Shown: positions 55,280 through 64,000 of the stretch, one piece after another
How the letters are laid out: each line of letters begins with the position of its first letter
How positions within the stretch are numbered: the stretch's first letter is position 1
Assembly: GCA_023460855.1 (NCBI GenBank)
Contig: JAEWOS010000016.1
Location: 78,900 to 142,899 of the forward strand
From: Bacteroidota bacterium
GTDB taxonomy: Bacteria; Bacteroidota; Bacteroidia; Flavobacteriales; Weeksellaceae
Direction of reading: 5' to 3'
DNA length: 64,000 nucleotides
Translations under genes and position numbers: made by a program
Notes under the pieces: model-generated
What the model was told of the DNA's origin: nothing
Database searches by the model: none
What the model saw: the letters and a program-made list of their open reading frames with translations, nothing else

Positions 55280-57436
55280 ATGAGGAAGTTTTTTTATTTG
55301 TGGATTTGCATATTTTCATTTATCTGTGCCGATGGCCAGGTAAAAGAGAATGTAAAAATTCCTGCCAATCCCAAAATTGGTCTTTCACTTTCAGGAGGCG
55401 GTGCCAAAGGTTTTGCGCACATTGGCGTGCTGAAAGTTCTGGATTCGCTTGGTGTGAGAATCGACTATATTTCCGGAACGAGTATGGGCGCAATTGTGGG
55501 GGGTTTATATGCTTCCGGATATACGGCAAAGGATATCGAAGATATAGTTCTGGAAACGGATTTTTACACGCTGATTCAAAACGAAAAAACCAGGGAGGAA
55601 GCAAGTTTTTTCAATAAATCTACAGATAAATACATCCTGACTATACCCATCAAGAACAAGAAAATAAACGTGCTTCCGAAAGCTATCAGCAGCGGTCAGA
55701 AGAACGTATATATGCTGAAGGAACTGTTTAAGAATGTGGCAGGTATTGAGGATTTCTCAAAACTGCCAATTCCGTTTATGTGCGTCGCAACTAATCTGGA
55801 GACAGGCAAAATGGAGATTTTTGAGAAAGGAGATCTCGTCAATTCAATTATGGCGAGCTCTGCATTCCCGTCTCTTATGGATCCTGTGAAAATTGGGGAA
55901 AGCTTGTATATCGACGGCGCAATGACGCTTAATTATCCTTCAAAACCGCTCAAAGACAAAGGAATTGATTTTGTAATCGGCGTGGATTTAAGTCAGGGCC
56001 TTGCCTCAAGAGAACAGTTGCTTTCACTGATTGATATCCTTAATCAGGTGATTGATTTCGGAATTCAGAAGGAGACCGCAAATCAGTACAAATACACTGA
56101 TCTGAACATTAAACCGGATCTTACCGGACTTACTGCCACCAGCTACGGCGAAAAAGAAAAAATTGTGTCTTCCGGCGAAGCAGAAGCAAACAAATATTTT
56201 TCAGTGTTCCAGCGTTTACCGAAACGCGAAATAACCGCTTTGCGCGCAGCTATTAATCCCATTTTTTCCAATGTTTATAAGATTGACAGTCTCGATCTGG
56301 TTAACAGCGAAATTTATACGGAGAATTATGTGCGCGGTAAGATGAATCTGCGCGTGCCTTCCATGCATACCTACGGAAGCATCAATAAAATGGTTGATAA
56401 ACTGTATGCAACCAACAACTATTCCTTCATTACCTATGATATCGTACAGCAGAACGACGGAAACATCCTCAAACTGAATGTTACGGAAGACAATACGCGG
56501 TATTTCCTGAAATTAGGACTTCATTACGATGAAGTATTCAAAACCGGTCTTCTTGTGAATGCCACAGTGAAGAGGTTTCTGTTCCGGAATTCCACCATAT
56601 CTCTCGACGGCATTATTGGCGACAAACCGCGCTATTATTTCAATTATTTTATCGATAACGGATATCTTCCGGGATTTGGAATTTATGCATCAGGAATGGA
56701 GCTGGATTTGCGCGACAGCCAGGCCAGAATTACAGACAGTTGGCTGTGGCTTAGAAATGAAGCGTTTTTACAAAGTATCTGGAAGGATAAATATGCGATC
56801 GGCGGAGGATTAAGTCACGATTATTTTGAGAGCGAACGAGATTTATTTCAGGTAAAAAACTCGTTTAATCCATACATTTTTGTAAAAAGTGATACACAGG
56901 ACGACAGAAGTTTCCCGACAAAAGGTTTCTTTCTGGATGCGGAAGCCAAACTGCTTGATATTTTCAATGACGAGGTGAATGAAAAAGCCATTCAGGTAAA
57001 AGCAAATATGTCGTTTAATACCACATTTGCGAAACTGTTTACCTACCGTTTAAGACTATTTGGAGGTTTTTCGCTTGGACAGGATATTTCTCCATATTAT
57101 CAGTTCAGACCCGGCGCTATTTTTGAACAAAGGCTTGGAAACTTTGTACGTTTTCCAGGACTTCATTTCGGAGAACAGTCGACAGACAATATTTTAAAGG
57201 CGTCTCATGACATACAGGTGAAACTCAGAAAAAATCTGTTTGTTATCGGAAGTTTCAATATGCTCAATCAGTTTGATGAAGCAACATCCGAACAAATCTT
57301 GAAAATCTCGCAGCTTTCTGCAGGTATTTCTGCCGCATACAAATCACCGGTGGGCCAGATTAATGTGAATTACTCGAAAGCGTTTGACAGTAATAACAAC
57401 GGAATATTCAGTGTTGTGCTTGGACACTGGTTTTAA
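55280..57436 (+). CDS. patatin-like phospholipase fused to an Omp85-type beta-barrel
   Basis: 718 aa. Signal peptide. GGGAKGFAHIGVL, the GTSMGA nucleophile elbow and DGA. The C-terminal barrel ends in GHWF. Confidence 0.85.
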   Translation: MRKFFYLWICIFSFICADGQVKENVKIPANPKIGLSLSGGGAKGFAHIGVLKVLDSLGVRIDYISGTSMGAIVGGLYASGYTAKDIEDIVLETDFYTLIQNEKTREEASFFNKSTDKYILTIPIKNKKINVLPKAISSGQKNVYMLKELFKNVAGIEDFSKLPIPFMCVATNLETGKMEIFEKGDLVNSIMASSAFPSLMDPVKIGESLYIDGAMTLNYPSKPLKDKGIDFVIGVDLSQGLASREQLLSLIDILNQVIDFGIQKETANQYKYTDLNIKPDLTGLTATSYGEKEKIVSSGEAEANKYFSVFQRLPKREITALRAAINPIFSNVYKIDSLDLVNSEIYTENYVRGKMNLRVPSMHTYGSINKMVDKLYATNNYSFITYDIVQQNDGNILKLNVTEDNTRYFLKLGLHYDEVFKTGLLVNATVKRFLFRNSTISLDGIIGDKPRYYFNYFIDNGYLPGFGIYASGMELDLRDSQARITDSWLWLRNEAFLQSIWKDKYAIGGGLSHDYFESERDLFQVKNSFNPYIFVKSDTQDDRSFPTKGFFLDAEAKLLDIFNDEVNEKAIQVKANMSFNTTFAKLFTYRLRLFGGFSLGQDISPYYQFRPGAIFEQRLGNFVRFPGLHFGEQSTDNILKASHDIQVKLRKNLFVIGSFNMLNQFDEATSEQILKISQLSAGISAAYKSPVGQINVNYSKAFDSNNNGIFSVVLGHWF

Positions 57437-57440
57437 TATT

Positions 57441-57848
57441 ATGATAAATTTCTTCTCCGAAAATATCCCGTCCCCTACCCTTTCAGAAAGAGTTATTCCG
57501 TGGATTTCCCAGATAATTACTGAAGAAGGAAAAAAAGAGGGAGAAATCAATTATATTTTCTGTGATGATGAACACCTGCTTCAGATCAACCGCGATTTCC
57601 TCGATCACGATTACTACACCGATATCATCACGTTTGACTATGTTAAGGGCAAGATTATCAGCGGTGATATTTTCGTATCTTTGCCGCGAATTCAGGAAAA
57701 CGCCAAAGAATTGCAATGCGAATTTTCTTTTGAACTGAATCGTGTTTTGGCGCACGGCATCTTACATTTATGCGGTTATCAGGATAAAACTTCTGAACAG
57801 CAGCAACTGATGAGAGAAAAAGAGAACTATTTTCTCGCCAAATTCTAG
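57441..57848 (+). CDS. ybeY: rRNA maturation RNase YbeY
   Basis: Start placed at ATG 57441 (MINFFSE). The track ORF starts earlier, inside the previous gene. HGILHLCGYQD Zn motif. Confidence 0.9.
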   Translation: MINFFSENIPSPTLSERVIPWISQIITEEGKKEGEINYIFCDDEHLLQINRDFLDHDYYTDIITFDYVKGKIISGDIFVSLPRIQENAKELQCEFSFELNRVLAHGILHLCGYQDKTSEQQQLMREKENYFLAKF

Positions 57849-57860
57849 AAGTTTTTCTGA

Positions 57861-57876
57861 GTGTTTCACGTGAAAC
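57861..57876. repeat. 16-nt element GTGTTTCACGTGAAAC (perfect 14-bp palindrome core), copy 1
   Basis: Lies in the 42-nt ybeY-mnmG spacer. An identical inverted copy is at 59753-59768. Confidence 0.8.
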
Positions 57877-57890
57877 GTAATTCCTTTTGA

Positions 57891-59753
57891 ATGATAAATG
57901 AAGTTTACGATGTAATTGTAGTTGGCGCAGGACACGCCGGATGTGAAGCTGCGGCTGCGGCTGCGAATCTGGGTTCCAAAACCCTGCTGATTACCATGAA
58001 TATGCAGACCATTGGACAGATGAGCTGTAATCCTGCTATGGGCGGAATCGCTAAAGGTCAGATCGTCCGTGAAATCGATGCTTTAGGCGGCTATTCCGGA
58101 ATTATTGCTGATAAATCAGCGATACAGTTTAAAATGCTGAACCTTTCGAAAGGACCTGCAATGTGGTCACCGCGCACTCAAAACGACAGAATGCTTTTTG
58201 CGGAAGAGTGGCGACTGGCACTTGAACAAACAGAAAATCTGGATTTTTACCAGGATATGGTCAAAGAACTGGTCATCGAAAATAATTCAGTTGCAGGAGT
58301 TGTTACATCGCTAGGAATTAAAATTAAAAGCAAATCAGTCGTGCTTACCAACGGTACATTTTTGAATGGTTTGATTCATGTTGGTGCGAAGCAGCTAGGC
58401 GGCGGCAGAATGGGCGAACCAAGAGCAATGGGAATCACAGAACAGCTGCAGTCACTAGGTTTTGAAGCAGGGAGGATGAAAACCGGTACTCCACCACGTG
58501 TTGACGGCAGAACGCTGGATTACACAAAAATGGAAGAACAGAAAGGCGACGAAAATCCAAAGAAATTTTCTTTCACCGACACTCCGCCTCTTACTGAGCA
58601 ACGCAGTTGTTATATTACTTACACCAACGAAACAGTACACGAGATTCTGCGTGAAGGATTCGACAGAAGTCCTATGTTTAACGGTACCATTCAAAGTTTG
58701 GGACCAAGATATTGTCCAAGTATTGAAGATAAGATCAACCGTTTTGCAGAACGGACCAGACATCAGCTGTTTGTGGAACCTGAAGGCTGGAAGACTATTG
58801 AAATCTATGTGAACGGATTCAGTTCTTCCCTACCAGAAGACATTCAGATGAAAGCTATGAAGCATATTCCGGGATTCGAAAATGTAAAATTTTTCCGTCC
58901 GGGCTACGCTATTGAATATGACTACTTCCCACCTACTCAGCTAAAACATACACTGGAAACCAAAGGTATCGAAAACCTCTATTTTGCAGGGCAGATAAAC
59001 GGAACTACCGGATATGAAGAAGCTGCCGGACAGGGAATCATTGCCGGGATAAATGCACATAACAAAGTGCACAGTAATGACGAATTCCTGCTGAGCCGCG
59101 ACGAAGCCTATATCGGCGTTCTTATCGACGATCTAATCACAAAAGGAACGGAAGAACCGTACAGAATGTTCACTTCCCGTGCAGAATACAGACTCCTACT
59201 TCGTCAGGACAATGCCGACATCAGGCTAACCGAAAAAGCTTATAAGTTAGGACTTGCAGGACGCGATCGAATGGATGAACTCGAACGCAAAGTATCACAA
59301 TCCAACGAACTTGAAAAATTTCTACGTGACACATCCTTAAAGCCAAATGTAATCAATCCGATTCTTCAGGAACAGGACAGCAGTCCGGTAGATCAGGCAT
59401 TTCGAGCAGCACAGATTCTCACGAGACCGCACATCAGTCTTGCGATTCTGGATAAAATTGAAACCATCGGTTCGGTAACTCAACATTATTCAGAAGAAGT
59501 CCGCGAACAGGCTGAAATAAACATTACATATAAGGGCTATATCGAAAAAGAAAGAGAAAATGTGGCTAAACTGCACCGTATGGAAAACATCAAAATTCCG
59601 GCAGATTTCGATTATAATTCCTTAACATCTCTTTCAGCAGAAGCTAAGAATAAAATGCAGAAAATTAAGCCGCTCACGATTGGCCAGGCTTCAAGAATCA
59701 GTGGAGTCTCCCCTGCAGATATTAACGTATTGCTGATATTTCTAAACAAATAG
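57891..59753 (+). CDS. mnmG: tRNA uridine-5-carboxymethylaminomethyl(34) synthesis enzyme MnmG (GidA)
   Basis: 620 aa. The motifs YDVIVVGAGHAGCEAA, SCNPAMGGIAKG and GQINGTTGYEEAAGQG match MnmG. Confidence 0.96.
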   Translation: MINEVYDVIVVGAGHAGCEAAAAAANLGSKTLLITMNMQTIGQMSCNPAMGGIAKGQIVREIDALGGYSGIIADKSAIQFKMLNLSKGPAMWSPRTQNDRMLFAEEWRLALEQTENLDFYQDMVKELVIENNSVAGVVTSLGIKIKSKSVVLTNGTFLNGLIHVGAKQLGGGRMGEPRAMGITEQLQSLGFEAGRMKTGTPPRVDGRTLDYTKMEEQKGDENPKKFSFTDTPPLTEQRSCYITYTNETVHEILREGFDRSPMFNGTIQSLGPRYCPSIEDKINRFAERTRHQLFVEPEGWKTIEIYVNGFSSSLPEDIQMKAMKHIPGFENVKFFRPGYAIEYDYFPPTQLKHTLETKGIENLYFAGQINGTTGYEEAAGQGIIAGINAHNKVHSNDEFLLSRDEAYIGVLIDDLITKGTEEPYRMFTSRAEYRLLLRQDNADIRLTEKAYKLGLAGRDRMDELERKVSQSNELEKFLRDTSLKPNVINPILQEQDSSPVDQAFRAAQILTRPHISLAILDKIETIGSVTQHYSEEVREQAEINITYKGYIEKERENVAKLHRMENIKIPADFDYNSLTSLSAEAKNKMQKIKPLTIGQASRISGVSPADINVLLIFLNK

Positions 59754-59768
59754 TTTCACGTGAAACAC
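59753..59768. repeat. 16-nt element GTGTTTCACGTGAAAC, copy 2 (opposite orientation)
   Basis: Overlaps the last base of the mnmG stop codon and the GTG start of the next gene. Confidence 0.8.
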
Positions 59769-60596
59769 ATCGAAAAATTACGAGTAAAAGATCACTTCTT
59801 AACCGGGGAAGAATTTGAAATATCCCCTACCCTTATTCCGGGAATTCTCCGGACAAATCCTGTACCTCAGGATCTGGATAAATACTATGAAAGCGAGAAT
59901 TACATCTCTCATCACCAGGATCAGGGCGGATTGAAAGAAAAGATCTACAAGAAATTTCAGCAGCTCAATCTTAATTATAAACGAAATATTCTCAGCACAT
60001 ATCTGCCTAAGCATGCTCATGTTCTCGATTACGGATGCGGCGCAGGAGAATTTTTAAAATTTATTGAAGATGATTTTACGACTTTCGGATTCGAACCTAA
60101 CGAAAGTGCCCGCACCGCAGCTGCAAGTAAGACTGAAAAAACCACGATCCTACCCGATTTATTAGCTATCAGCAATGAAAATTTAGATGCAATTACTTTA
60201 TGGCATGTTTTCGAACACATTGAAAATCAGCAAGATATCATCGAAATATTTTATAACAAGCTGAAAACCAAAGGTTTATTAGTAATTGCGGTGCCAAATT
60301 ATCAGTCATATGATGCGTCCTATTATAAAAACTCCTGGGCGGCATACGATGTACCACGACATATTTATCACTTTTCAAAAGAAGGAATGCATGAGCTTTT
60401 TGAAAATGAAAAATGGCACCTCAAAAAAATCAAACCACTTCTACTCGATTCGTTTTATATTTCTATCATGAGCGAAAAATATCAGAAAAATCCTTTTTTC
60501 TGGCTTAAAGGTCCGCTTGTGGGAGCGATTTCGAATTTTAAAGCATTAAAAAGTGGCGAATTTTCCAGCTTTATATACATTATCGAAAAAAAATAG
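59760..60596 (+). CDS. class I SAM-dependent methyltransferase
   Basis: 278 aa. VLDYGCGAGEF motif I. The only available start is GTG 59760, inside the palindrome. Confidence 0.8.
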   Translation: MKHIEKLRVKDHFLTGEEFEISPTLIPGILRTNPVPQDLDKYYESENYISHHQDQGGLKEKIYKKFQQLNLNYKRNILSTYLPKHAHVLDYGCGAGEFLKFIEDDFTTFGFEPNESARTAAASKTEKTTILPDLLAISNENLDAITLWHVFEHIENQQDIIEIFYNKLKTKGLLVIAVPNYQSYDASYYKNSWAAYDVPRHIYHFSKEGMHELFENEKWHLKKIKPLLLDSFYISIMSEKYQKNPFFWLKGPLVGAISNFKALKSGEFSSFIYIIEKK

Positions 60597-60647
60597 ATAA
60601 TGGATTTTAGAGCTATTTCTGAAAGCCGATTTTTGCATAAAAAACAA

Positions 60648-60671
60648 AAACCCGGACTTGAATCCGGGTTT
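60648..60671. terminator. bidirectional hairpin terminator between convergent genes
   Basis: 9-bp stem AAACCCGGA/TCCGGGTTT. The A/T-rich flanks give a T-tract, mainly on the minus (pgk) side. Confidence 0.7.
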
Positions 60672-60749
60672 CTATCTTACAAATTTTAGTATTTATTATG
60701 GAGCAATAAAAATATCAATACAAAAACTTCAAACTAAAAGTTTAGTTTT

Positions 60750-61940
60750 TTAGGAATTGATTGCTTTAATTCCAGGCAGTTTCAGACCTTCCAAACTTTC
60801 AAGCATTGCACCGCCGCCGGTAGAAACATAAGAAACTTTATCATCGTAACCGTTCTGCTTTACAAACGCAACACTGTCTCCACCGCCCACAAGTGAAAAA
60901 GCACCAAGATCTGTAGATTCTGCGATGCTGTTTCCAAGCGCAATCGTTCCTTCGGCAAAATTTGGCATCTCAAAAACTCCGACTGGTCCGTTCCACAAGA
61001 TCGTTCGCGAATTAATGATCACATCATGGAAATTTTTTCTGGTCTGTGGGCCCACATCAAGTCCCATCCATTCTTCAGGAATTTCATAAATATCAACCTC
61101 TTTCCTTTCCGCATCATTGCTGAATTCATCAGCTATTACCGCATCAACAGGCAAATGTACCTTAACATTTTTAGCTTTAGCTTTTTCAAGAATCTCCAGA
61201 GCGAGTCCCATCTTATCCTCTTCCAGCAGCGATTTACCAATCTGTCCGCCCAAAGCTCTGATAAAAGTAAACGCCATTCCTCCACCGATAATCAAATGAT
61301 CTACAGCAGGTAAAATATTCTCGATTATCGTAATTTTAGATGAAACTTTAGACCCGCCAATAATAGCAGTTACCGGTTTTTCACCTGAATTCAAAACCTT
61401 ATCAATCGCCTCAAGTTCTTTAGCCATCAATAAACCGAAAAATTTAGTTGAAGGGAAAAACTGTGCAATTACGGCTGTTGAAGCATGTTCGCGGTGAGCT
61501 GTCCCGAATGCATCATTTACATAAGCATCTCCATAAGCAGCCAGTTTCTGTGCGAATTCCTTATCACCTGCTTCCTCTTCATTATAAAATCTGAGATTCT
61601 CCAGTAGCAGAATTTCACCAGGTTTCAGTTCGCCGGTCATAGAAACAGCCTCGTCTCCAAGACAGTCTTTACAGAATTTCACTTCATGCCCAAGAACAGA
61701 TTCAATCTCAGGCACAATATTCTTCAAAGAAAACTCATCGGAAACCTTTCCTTTAGGTCTGCCAAGATGCGTGATCAGAATTACGGATCCGCCGTCATTC
61801 AGAATCTTATCAATTGTTGGCTTTGCCGCGATAATACGCGTGTTATCGGTAACTTTCAGGTCCGCGCTTTGCGGAACATTGAAATCAACTCTTACGAGCG
61901 CCTTTTTATCACGGAAATTAAAATCGTTAACTGTTTTCAT
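60750..61940 (-). CDS. pgk: phosphoglycerate kinase
   Basis: 396 aa. The motifs [19 protein letters not shown] and STGGGAMLE match Pgk. Confidence 0.96.
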   Translation of the reverse strand: MKTVNDFNFRDKKALVRVDFNVPQSADLKVTDNTRIIAAKPTIDKILNDGGSVILITHLGRPKGKVSDEFSLKNIVPEIESVLGHEVKFCKDCLGDEAVSMTGELKPGEILLLENLRFYNEEEAGDKEFAQKLAAYGDAYVNDAFGTAHREHASTAVIAQFFPSTKFFGLLMAKELEAIDKVLNSGEKPVTAIIGGSKVSSKITIIENILPAVDHLIIGGGMAFTFIRALGGQIGKSLLEEDKMGLALEILEKAKAKNVKVHLPVDAVIADEFSNDAERKEVDIYEIPEEWMGLDVGPQTRKNFHDVIINSRTILWNGPVGVFEMPNFAEGTIALGNSIAESTDLGAFSLVGGGDSVAFVKQNGYDDKVSYVSTGGGAMLESLEGLKLPGIKAINS

Positions 61941-61966
61941 AAATAGTTTAATGCTTTAGTGTTTCA

Positions 61967-61974
61967 CAAAGTTA
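61967..61974 (-). promoter_or_regulatory. candidate -7 promoter box (TAACTTTG) for pgk
   Basis: TAnnTTTG match on the minus strand 26 nt upstream of ATG 61940. Confidence 0.4.
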
Positions 61975-62582
61975 ACTTTTCTGCTGCGGAAAAAAATAAA
62001 AGCACCGAAAAATATTCCCCAAACCCAATCACTCAATTAAGCAACAAATCTTTTTTATAAATAAGAAATAATGTTGAGTAGTGTTGTTGAGTGTTGTTAG
62101 TTTAGGGAAAACTAATCAGTAAATCTTTTTCCTCCTGCAGAACGGTTTTATCCGCCCGATTGTTAACAAATTTTAATTTTGATTATCAGATTATTAAAGT
62201 TCTTATTAACATTTGTGCAAAATTTTGAATTGACTGCTTTGATGAAACTACTGATATTGAAAAGAAGGGCAGGGGAGTCTTCAAAAGTATTTACAATTAA
62301 TTCATTTTTGAATAAGAACCCATTTTCAATATTAAAAATTTGTTAAGGTTTTTGCTTTAACTTTAAAATCTTATCAACAAAGTTTCCGGCAATAATAACA
62401 TACCGTTAATAAAGAAAGCTGAAATGTTGTAAATCAGCGTTTTTAGTTTTTGCTAATTTTATAAATTGTTGTTTATCAGAAGAAACTGTAAAGATCGATT
62501 TTGCGGTGTCGCCGGTTGGAATGTGAATATCTTTACCAGTGACTAATTATAGCGTACTTTTGTATAAATCTTGAAGAAGTAT

Positions 62583-63020
62583 ATGAAGAAAATTGCAATT
62601 GCCAGCGATCATGCAGGCTTTGAATACAAGGAATTTTTAAAAAATCAGCTCAGCAAAAATTTTGAAGTTAAAGATTATGGAACCCATTCTCTGGATTCTG
62701 TAGATTATCCGGATTTCGTACATCCCGCAGCTACATCTGTGGAAAGTGGTGAAAATGAAATTGGAATTCTGATCTGTGGAAGCGGACAGGGCGTACAGCT
62801 TTCTGCAAACAAACATCAGGGAATTCGCTGTGCTCTTTGCTGGATGCCTGAACTGGCAGAACTGGCACGATCCCATAATAACTGTAACATGGTGGCGATT
62901 CCGGCAAGATTTATCGCTAAAGAATTGGCACTAGAAATCGTAAACAAATTTCTGGAAACCTCCTTCGAAGGTGGACGACACACAGGACGCGTAGAAAAAA
63001 TCGGCCTGACTTCCTGTTAA
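62583..63020 (+). CDS. rpiB: ribose 5-phosphate isomerase B
   Basis: Start placed at ATG 62583 (MKKIAIASDHAGF); the track uses TTG 62571. The GILICGSGQG motif is present. Confidence 0.92.
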   Translation: MKKIAIASDHAGFEYKEFLKNQLSKNFEVKDYGTHSLDSVDYPDFVHPAATSVESGENEIGILICGSGQGVQLSANKHQGIRCALCWMPELAELARSHNNCNMVAIPARFIAKELALEIVNKFLETSFEGGRHTGRVEKIGLTSC

Positions 63021-63058
63021 TACACGTTTCCTTCAAACTAAAAATCCAAATAAATACT

Positions 63059-64000
63059 ATGGCTAAAAAATCAAAGTATATTTCTCATAAGAATAATCAT
63101 AAATTACAGGAAGTTGGAAGAAAAATTCTGGCTTTCATGAATGAGAAATCGTCCAAAATCTATAATTACAAGCAGATTGCAGACGGAATTGATCACAAAA
63201 ACCCGCGGCAGCGCGAAATGGTGATTCAGGCACTTCATAAACTTCGCGCCGACGACCGAATTCTGGAAGTTGAGCAGGGCAAGTATATCATCAACATGAA
63301 AATTACCGGAACGCTGAACGGAACTATTGATTTCAACCAGTCAGGAAATGCGTATGTGACGGTGGACGGAATTGAGGACGATATCTTCATCCACTCAAAA
63401 AATGTAAAAGATGCTTTGCAGGGTGATAAAGTGCTTATCGTAACCTATCATTACAAAGGCAAGAAACTCGAAGGGTCTGTACTGGAAGTTCTGGAGCGTA
63501 ACAAGACAGATTTTGTCGGGACATTTGATTATATCGAACATAAAGATTTTGGATTTGTAGTTGCCGATAAAAAGGTGATTAACACGGATATATTCGTAAA
63601 AAAAGAAAATTTCAACGGAGCTGAGCACGGCGACAAAGTGGTGGTGAAAATGCTTGGCTGGAAGAAAGGCGAGAAAAATCCGGAAGGTGAAATCACCCAG
63701 GTTTTGGGTGCACCGGGAGAACATGAAACAGAGATCCACTCTATTTTAGCAGAATACGGACTTCCGTATTATTTTCCGGAAGAAGTGGAAAGAGAAGCCG
63801 ATCAGATCGACCGCGAAATCAGGGATTCTGAAGTAGCAAAACGCTGGGATATGCGTAAAACATTAACCTTTACCATTGACCCGAAAGATGCAAAGGATTT
63901 TGACGACGCACTTTCAATAAGAAAACTGGACAACGGAAACTGGGAAATAAGTGTTCATATCGCCGATGTTTCCCATTATGTGCTTCCGGGAACTTTGCTC
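63059..64000 (+). CDS. rnr: ribonuclease R, N-terminal part (continues beyond the window)
   Basis: The frame is open from ATG 63059 to the window end, so it is absent from the ORF track. An HTH-like N-terminus and cold-shock/OB region (GDKVVVKM) lead into the RNB start FTIDPKDAKDFDDALS. Confidence 0.9.
   Translation, partial: MAKKSKYISHKNNHKLQEVGRKILAFMNEKSSKIYNYKQIADGIDHKNPRQREMVIQALHKLRADDRILEVEQGKYIINMKITGTLNGTIDFNQSGNAYVTVDGIEDDIFIHSKNVKDALQGDKVLIVTYHYKGKKLEGSVLEVLERNKTDFVGTFDYIEHKDFGFVVADKKVINTDIFVKKENFNGAEHGDKVVVKMLGWKKGEKNPEGEITQVLGAPGEHETEIHSILAEYGLPYYFPEEVEREADQIDREIRDSEVAKRWDMRKTLTFTIDPKDAKDFDDALSIRKLDNGNWEISVHIADVSHYVLPGTLL

Noticed and set aside
60078-60100. tRNA T-arm-like string GGATTCGAACC
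   Set aside because: It lies in frame inside the methyltransferase gene (FGFEPNE). No acceptor or anticodon arms can be built around it.
61941-62582. Possible oriC, given an AT-rich 640-bp spacer near mnmG/gidA
   Set aside because: Only degenerate DnaA-box-like words are present: TTATCAACA, TGTGAATAT, TGTGCAAAA and TTATCCGCC. Each has at least one mismatch to TTATNCACA. There is no canonical box cluster, no dnaA or dnaN nearby, and I cannot compute GC skew here. The idea is not supported as it stands.
1-64000. CRISPR arrays, IS elements, transposases, integrases, prophage genes and toxin-antitoxin or other defence modules
   Set aside because: I looked for spaced direct repeats, terminal inverted repeats and DDE, tyrosine-recombinase, nuclease or helicase-like translations, and found none. 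The tRNA-Asn has no adjacent integrase or direct-repeat att-like duplication that I could see.

Overview
The window is a gene-dense (about 90% coding) chromosomal segment, probably from a Bacteroidota/Flavobacteriales genome (Weeksellaceae/Chryseobacterium-like is a guess). This inference rests on a T9SS C-terminal sorting domain, a MurF-Alr fusion, several TAnnTTTG -7 promoter boxes, A-rich leaders without Shine-Dalgarno sequences, and OMP beta-signal C-termini. I call about 55 protein genes, one tRNA-Asn(GTT), and a set of intrinsic terminators and candidate promoters.

Two real genes are missing from the ORF track because they run off the window edges: aconitase (1-2210, minus) and RNase R (63059-64000, plus). 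Content is mostly housekeeping:
- Central metabolism and nucleotide genes: aconitase, ThiL, HMG-CoA lyase, GuaC, Tdk, Pgk, RpiB.
- Translation and RNA genes: L21/L27, RsmI, YbeY, MnmG, RNase R.
- Envelope and protease genes: TamA/TamB-like pair, PepT, RseP, S41 protease, SurE, FabG, MurF-Alr.

I found no CRISPR array, IS element, transposase, integrase, prophage or recognisable defence genes.

Items worth a second look:
1. An EF-G2-like translational GTPase paralogue, lacking the catalytic His (DTPGF) and carrying NQMD instead of NKxD, sits between the diaphorase and catalytic subunits of an NAD-type formate dehydrogenase. A SpoT-type HD hydrolase and GuaC follow.
2. A persulfide/sulfite-handling operon is headed by a Gre-factor-like protein. 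It contains two paralogous 70-aa membrane proteins that share a GCxSGxC motif.
3. A 317-bp intergenic region between pepT and the HMG-CoA lyase gene contains an unusually GC-rich island with long-range complementarity, which may be a structured RNA.
4. An identical 16-nt sequence with a perfect 14-bp palindrome core occurs at both gene junctions flanking mnmG.
5. A 640-bp ORF-free AT-rich spacer lies between pgk and rpiB.
6. L21 carries an extension of about 120 aa.
7. A low-GC secreted-protein gene is wedged between core genes.

All family assignments come from reading the translations against remembered motifs. No database search, covariance model or folding program was run.
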